From Candidatus Eiseniibacteriota bacterium (GTDB lineage Bacteria; Eisenbacteria; RBG-16-71-46; CAIMUX01; VGJL01), in assembly GCA_963792585.1 (NCBI GenBank), contig CAWBWI010000001.1, forward strand, positions 256,001 through 320,000: 64,000 nucleotides of DNA, in the 5' to 3' direction. A program made the position numbers and the translations under genes. Under the pieces are notes generated by a model, which was given only the letters and a program-made list of their open reading frames with translations, ran no database searches and had not been told where the DNA came from. Positions 61,774 through 64,000 of the stretch are shown here, one piece after another; position 1 is the first letter of the stretch; the number at the start of each line of letters is the position of its first letter.

Positions 61774-62412
61774 ATGGGAAGGCCGTCGGTACACTTGATC
61801 AGGGGCGGAGCTCTGCCGTGTTCTCTGATCACTGTAGCACTGCTCGCGGTTTCTGCCCCGACCTTCGGGACCAATCTACTGATCAACGGGGGATTCGAAT
61901 CCGGCAATTCCGGATTTGCGAGCGAGTACATCTACTCATACAATCTGGATGCGTATGGAGAAGGCAAGTACTACGTCGGGTCGAATCCGCGGGATCATAA
62001 TCCACAGTTCTTCGACATGAGCGCCGAAGATGGATCGCTCATGATGATCGTGAACGGCGCCCTCCAACCCGGCGTCACCGTATGGCGCGAATCGGGGATC
62101 GGCGTCCAGCCGCATACGACCTACTCCTTCTCCGCCTGGGTAGCTGATGTCTCCGGAATGGAGCCGGCCATTCTTCAGGTCAGCGTCAACGGCGCGTTAC
62201 TGGGCACCATGACACCCACGCCCGGCATATGGCATGAGTTCCAGTTCACCTGGGATTCGGGGCCAAATACCTCGGCGGACGTGGCCCTGATTGATCTGAA
62301 TACCGACTGGAGTGGGAATGACTTCGCTATCGATAACATGACGCTGGAGGAGCAGACGCCTTCGCCGACAACGAAGAGCACATGGGGCCAGGTCAAGGGC
62401 ATCTATCGCTGA
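61774..62412 (+). CDS. Secreted CBM-like jelly-roll protein with TWG tail
   Basis: Signal peptide, NLLINGGFESGNSGF.SEY, TYSFSAW, GNDFAIDN, KSTWGQVKGIYR*. Confidence 0.8.
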   Translation: MGRPSVHLIRGGALPCSLITVALLAVSAPTFGTNLLINGGFESGNSGFASEYIYSYNLDAYGEGKYYVGSNPRDHNPQFFDMSAEDGSLMMIVNGALQPGVTVWRESGIGVQPHTTYSFSAWVADVSGMEPAILQVSVNGALLGTMTPTPGIWHEFQFTWDSGPNTSADVALIDLNTDWSGNDFAIDNMTLEEQTPSPTTKSTWGQVKGIYR

Positions 62413-62522
62413 GCGCTTGTGCGTGAATCCGGGCTTGTCCCTCCCACAAGTGTGCCACGAAGATAATGGAATGAGGTCGAAGAACCGACTGACAGAAGTC
62501 ATGCTGCACGGAAGGCAAATGA

Positions 62523-62585
62523 CTAACGCGGTCTCGCCTCCCACAACTTGATCTGCACGCTCCAGTCCGCCTCGGCCACGATGCC
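62523..62585 (-). pseudogene. 3' remnant of a second copy of the 17029-17526 gene, cut by the IS
   Basis: ctccagtccRcctcggccacgatgcct is shared with 17121-17147; translates GIVAEADWSVQIKLWE versus GIVAEVDWSTQSRMWE. Confidence 0.7.
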
Positions 62586-63855
62586 TGTCCCTTCCAAATA
62601 CCCCGTCCACGTTGCCTGATTTGAAGTTATCGACGGATCCGCGATAGGCTCCCCGTCATGCTTCTCACCATCTTCCGCACCTTGATCTCAGCATTCCATG
62701 CGCAACGGGCCCTCGCCATCGAGAACCTCGCCCTCCGCCACCAACTCCTTGTGCTCCACCGGGCTGCCAGGAGACCACGCCTGCGGGCGTCGGATCGCGC
62801 ACTCTGGGTCCTCCTGTCGCGGCTATGGTCCGGCTGGAGGGATTCGCTGATCGTTGTCCAACCGGAGACGGTCATCCGATGGCACCGCGAAGGGTTCCGG
62901 CTGTACTGGAGGTGGAAGAGTCGATCGAAGGGGTCAGGAAGACCGAGAGTCCCAACGGACGTCCGCGATCTCATCCGGCAGATGTCGAAAGCCAATACTC
63001 TCTGGGGTGCTCCGCGCATCCACGGGGAACTGCTCAAGCTCGGCATCGAGATCAGTCAGGCTGCCGTCTCGAAGTACATGGTGCGCCATCGGAAGCCGCC
63101 CTCGCAGAACTGGCGGACGTTCTTGGAGAACCACGCGAAGGAGGTCGTCTCGATTGACTTCTTCACCGTTCCGACGGTCACGTTCCGGGTCCTCTTCGTG
63201 TTCCTGATCCTGGGCAACCACCGGAGGCGGATCATCCACTTCAACGTGACGACGAACCCGAGTGCCGCCTGGACGGGGCAGCAGATCGTTGAGGCGTTCC
63301 CCTGGGACTCGGCACCGAGATACCTGATCCGCGACCGGGACGGATCTACGGGCACGACTTCGCTGGGCGGGTTGAGGGCCTGGGCGTCGAGGAAGTGCCG
63401 ATCTCAGCGCGTTCTCCTTGGCAGAACCCATACGTAGAACGGGTGATCGGATCGATTCGGCGCGAGTGCTTGGATCACGTGATCGTCTTTAGCGAGAGGC
63501 ATCTCCGGCGCGTGCTCAGGGGCTACTTCGAGTACTACCACGGATCCCGCACTCATCTTGGATTGGAGAAGGACTGTCCGGTCCGGAGAGAGATCGAGCC
63601 ACCCGACTTGGGACCGGTTCTCGAGGAGCCGATGGTTGGCGGGCTCCACTACCGGTACTCCCGTCGAGCCGCGTGAGCGTCACGAACTGCCCAACAACTT
63701 GATGTCCGCGGTTGCCGCGTCTCGCCGGCCTGCCCGCGCGAGATCGCCTATAGTCCTCCGAGCTTCCCTCGACGATCATCAAGTGCGCGAGATCAAGGCT
63801 AGGGATGGATAGACTGCCTTCCGTTCACTGGCCGGATGGCGCTGTAGGAGTCACA
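62586..63855 (+). mobile_element. IS with rve (integrase-core) transposase, TGT...ACA ends
   Basis: Left end TGTCCCTTCCAAATACCCCGTCC; right end ...GGATGGCGCTGTAGGAGTCACA. No TSD found. Confidence 0.75.
62658..63676 (+). CDS. rve/integrase-core DDE transposase (indel near 63345)
   Basis: ENLALRHQL, VQPETVIRWHR, WGAPRIHGELLKLG, DFFTV, YLIRDRD, SPWQNPYVERVIGSIRRECLDH, GGLHYRY. Confidence 0.9.
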
Positions 63856-63876
63856 GCCCCGTCTCCTCCCCTGCGC

Positions 63877-64000
63877 CTAGGGCACGCGGATCGTCACCTG
63901 CCTGGTCTGGAGCACCTCCTGGGTCGTGCTGTCCTGCATGACCGCGATCAGGCGCAATTGGGGCGTGACATTGACCGCATCCGCCGAGAGATCGAAACTG
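63877..64000 (-). CDS. 3' end of an unidentified protein entering from the right edge
   Basis: Open minus frame ...SFDLSADAVNVTPQLRLIAVMQDSTTQEVLQTRQVTIRVP*. Confidence 0.4.
   Translation of the reverse strand, partial: SFDLSADAVNVTPQLRLIAVMQDSTTQEVLQTRQVTIRVP

Larger units (their letters stand above)
7900..63855. mobile_element. Composite genomic island / integration hotspot (boundaries approximate)
   Basis: Housekeeping genes stop at ~7850 and composition visibly becomes less GC-rich. Recombinases, IS elements, defence genes and repeats follow. A GC-rich convergent ORF end resumes after 63855. Confidence 0.65.

Noticed and set aside
500..63400. Numerous frameshifts read as pseudogenisation, phase variation or programmed frameshifting
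   Set aside because: Single-base indels also hit housekeeping genes (cca, glgP, probably leuS) and both halves keep intact motifs. Uncorrected long-read error is the simplest explanation; raw reads are needed to decide any single case.
1..64000. CRISPR array, cas genes, tRNA or rRNA
   Set aside because: No regularly spaced repeat-spacer units, cas motifs or tRNA/rRNA signatures were seen by eye. The short repeats at 24.6 and 31.2 kb are irregular and bidirectional.

Overview
High-GC bacterial window. The many FlgD-Ig/T9SS-like and 'TWGxIK..YR'-tailed secreted proteins suggest, by inference, an FCB-related candidate phylum such as Eisenbacteria, Latescibacterota or Krumholzibacteriota. Bases 1-7850 are core genes (cca partial, nfi, glgP, leuS, a beta-barrel, a FlgD-Ig protein). 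From ~7.9 kb to ~63.86 kb lies a composite accessory island with five components. (i) An integron-like system with no intI in the window: three dispersed copies of a ~250-bp platform (sigma70-like promoter, conserved leader, GTT core at fixed spacing); the first copy is followed by cassettes delimited by degenerate attC sites. (ii) A ~14.5-kb phage-satellite-like element: large serine recombinase, DUF2924, excisionase-like HTH, primase-helicase with an internal iteron array, Dam-like MTase, ParB, TerS-like, GpA-type TerL and a small tyrosine recombinase, but no recognisable capsid, portal or tail genes. (iii) Defence-type genes: DUF4062, PD-(D/E)XK, SIR2, MmeI-like RM, TIR, AlbA_2. (iv) An array of secreted modular proteins ending in either a FlgD-Ig domain or a conserved PxP...TWGx[IV]Kxx[YFH]R tail. 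(v) Several dispersed non-coding repeat families, a ~2-kb near-identical duplication, an IS256 with a 9-bp TSD, and an rve-type IS. Single-base indels occur even in housekeeping genes, so most frameshifts are probably assembly errors. All alignments were done by eye; no database searches were run.
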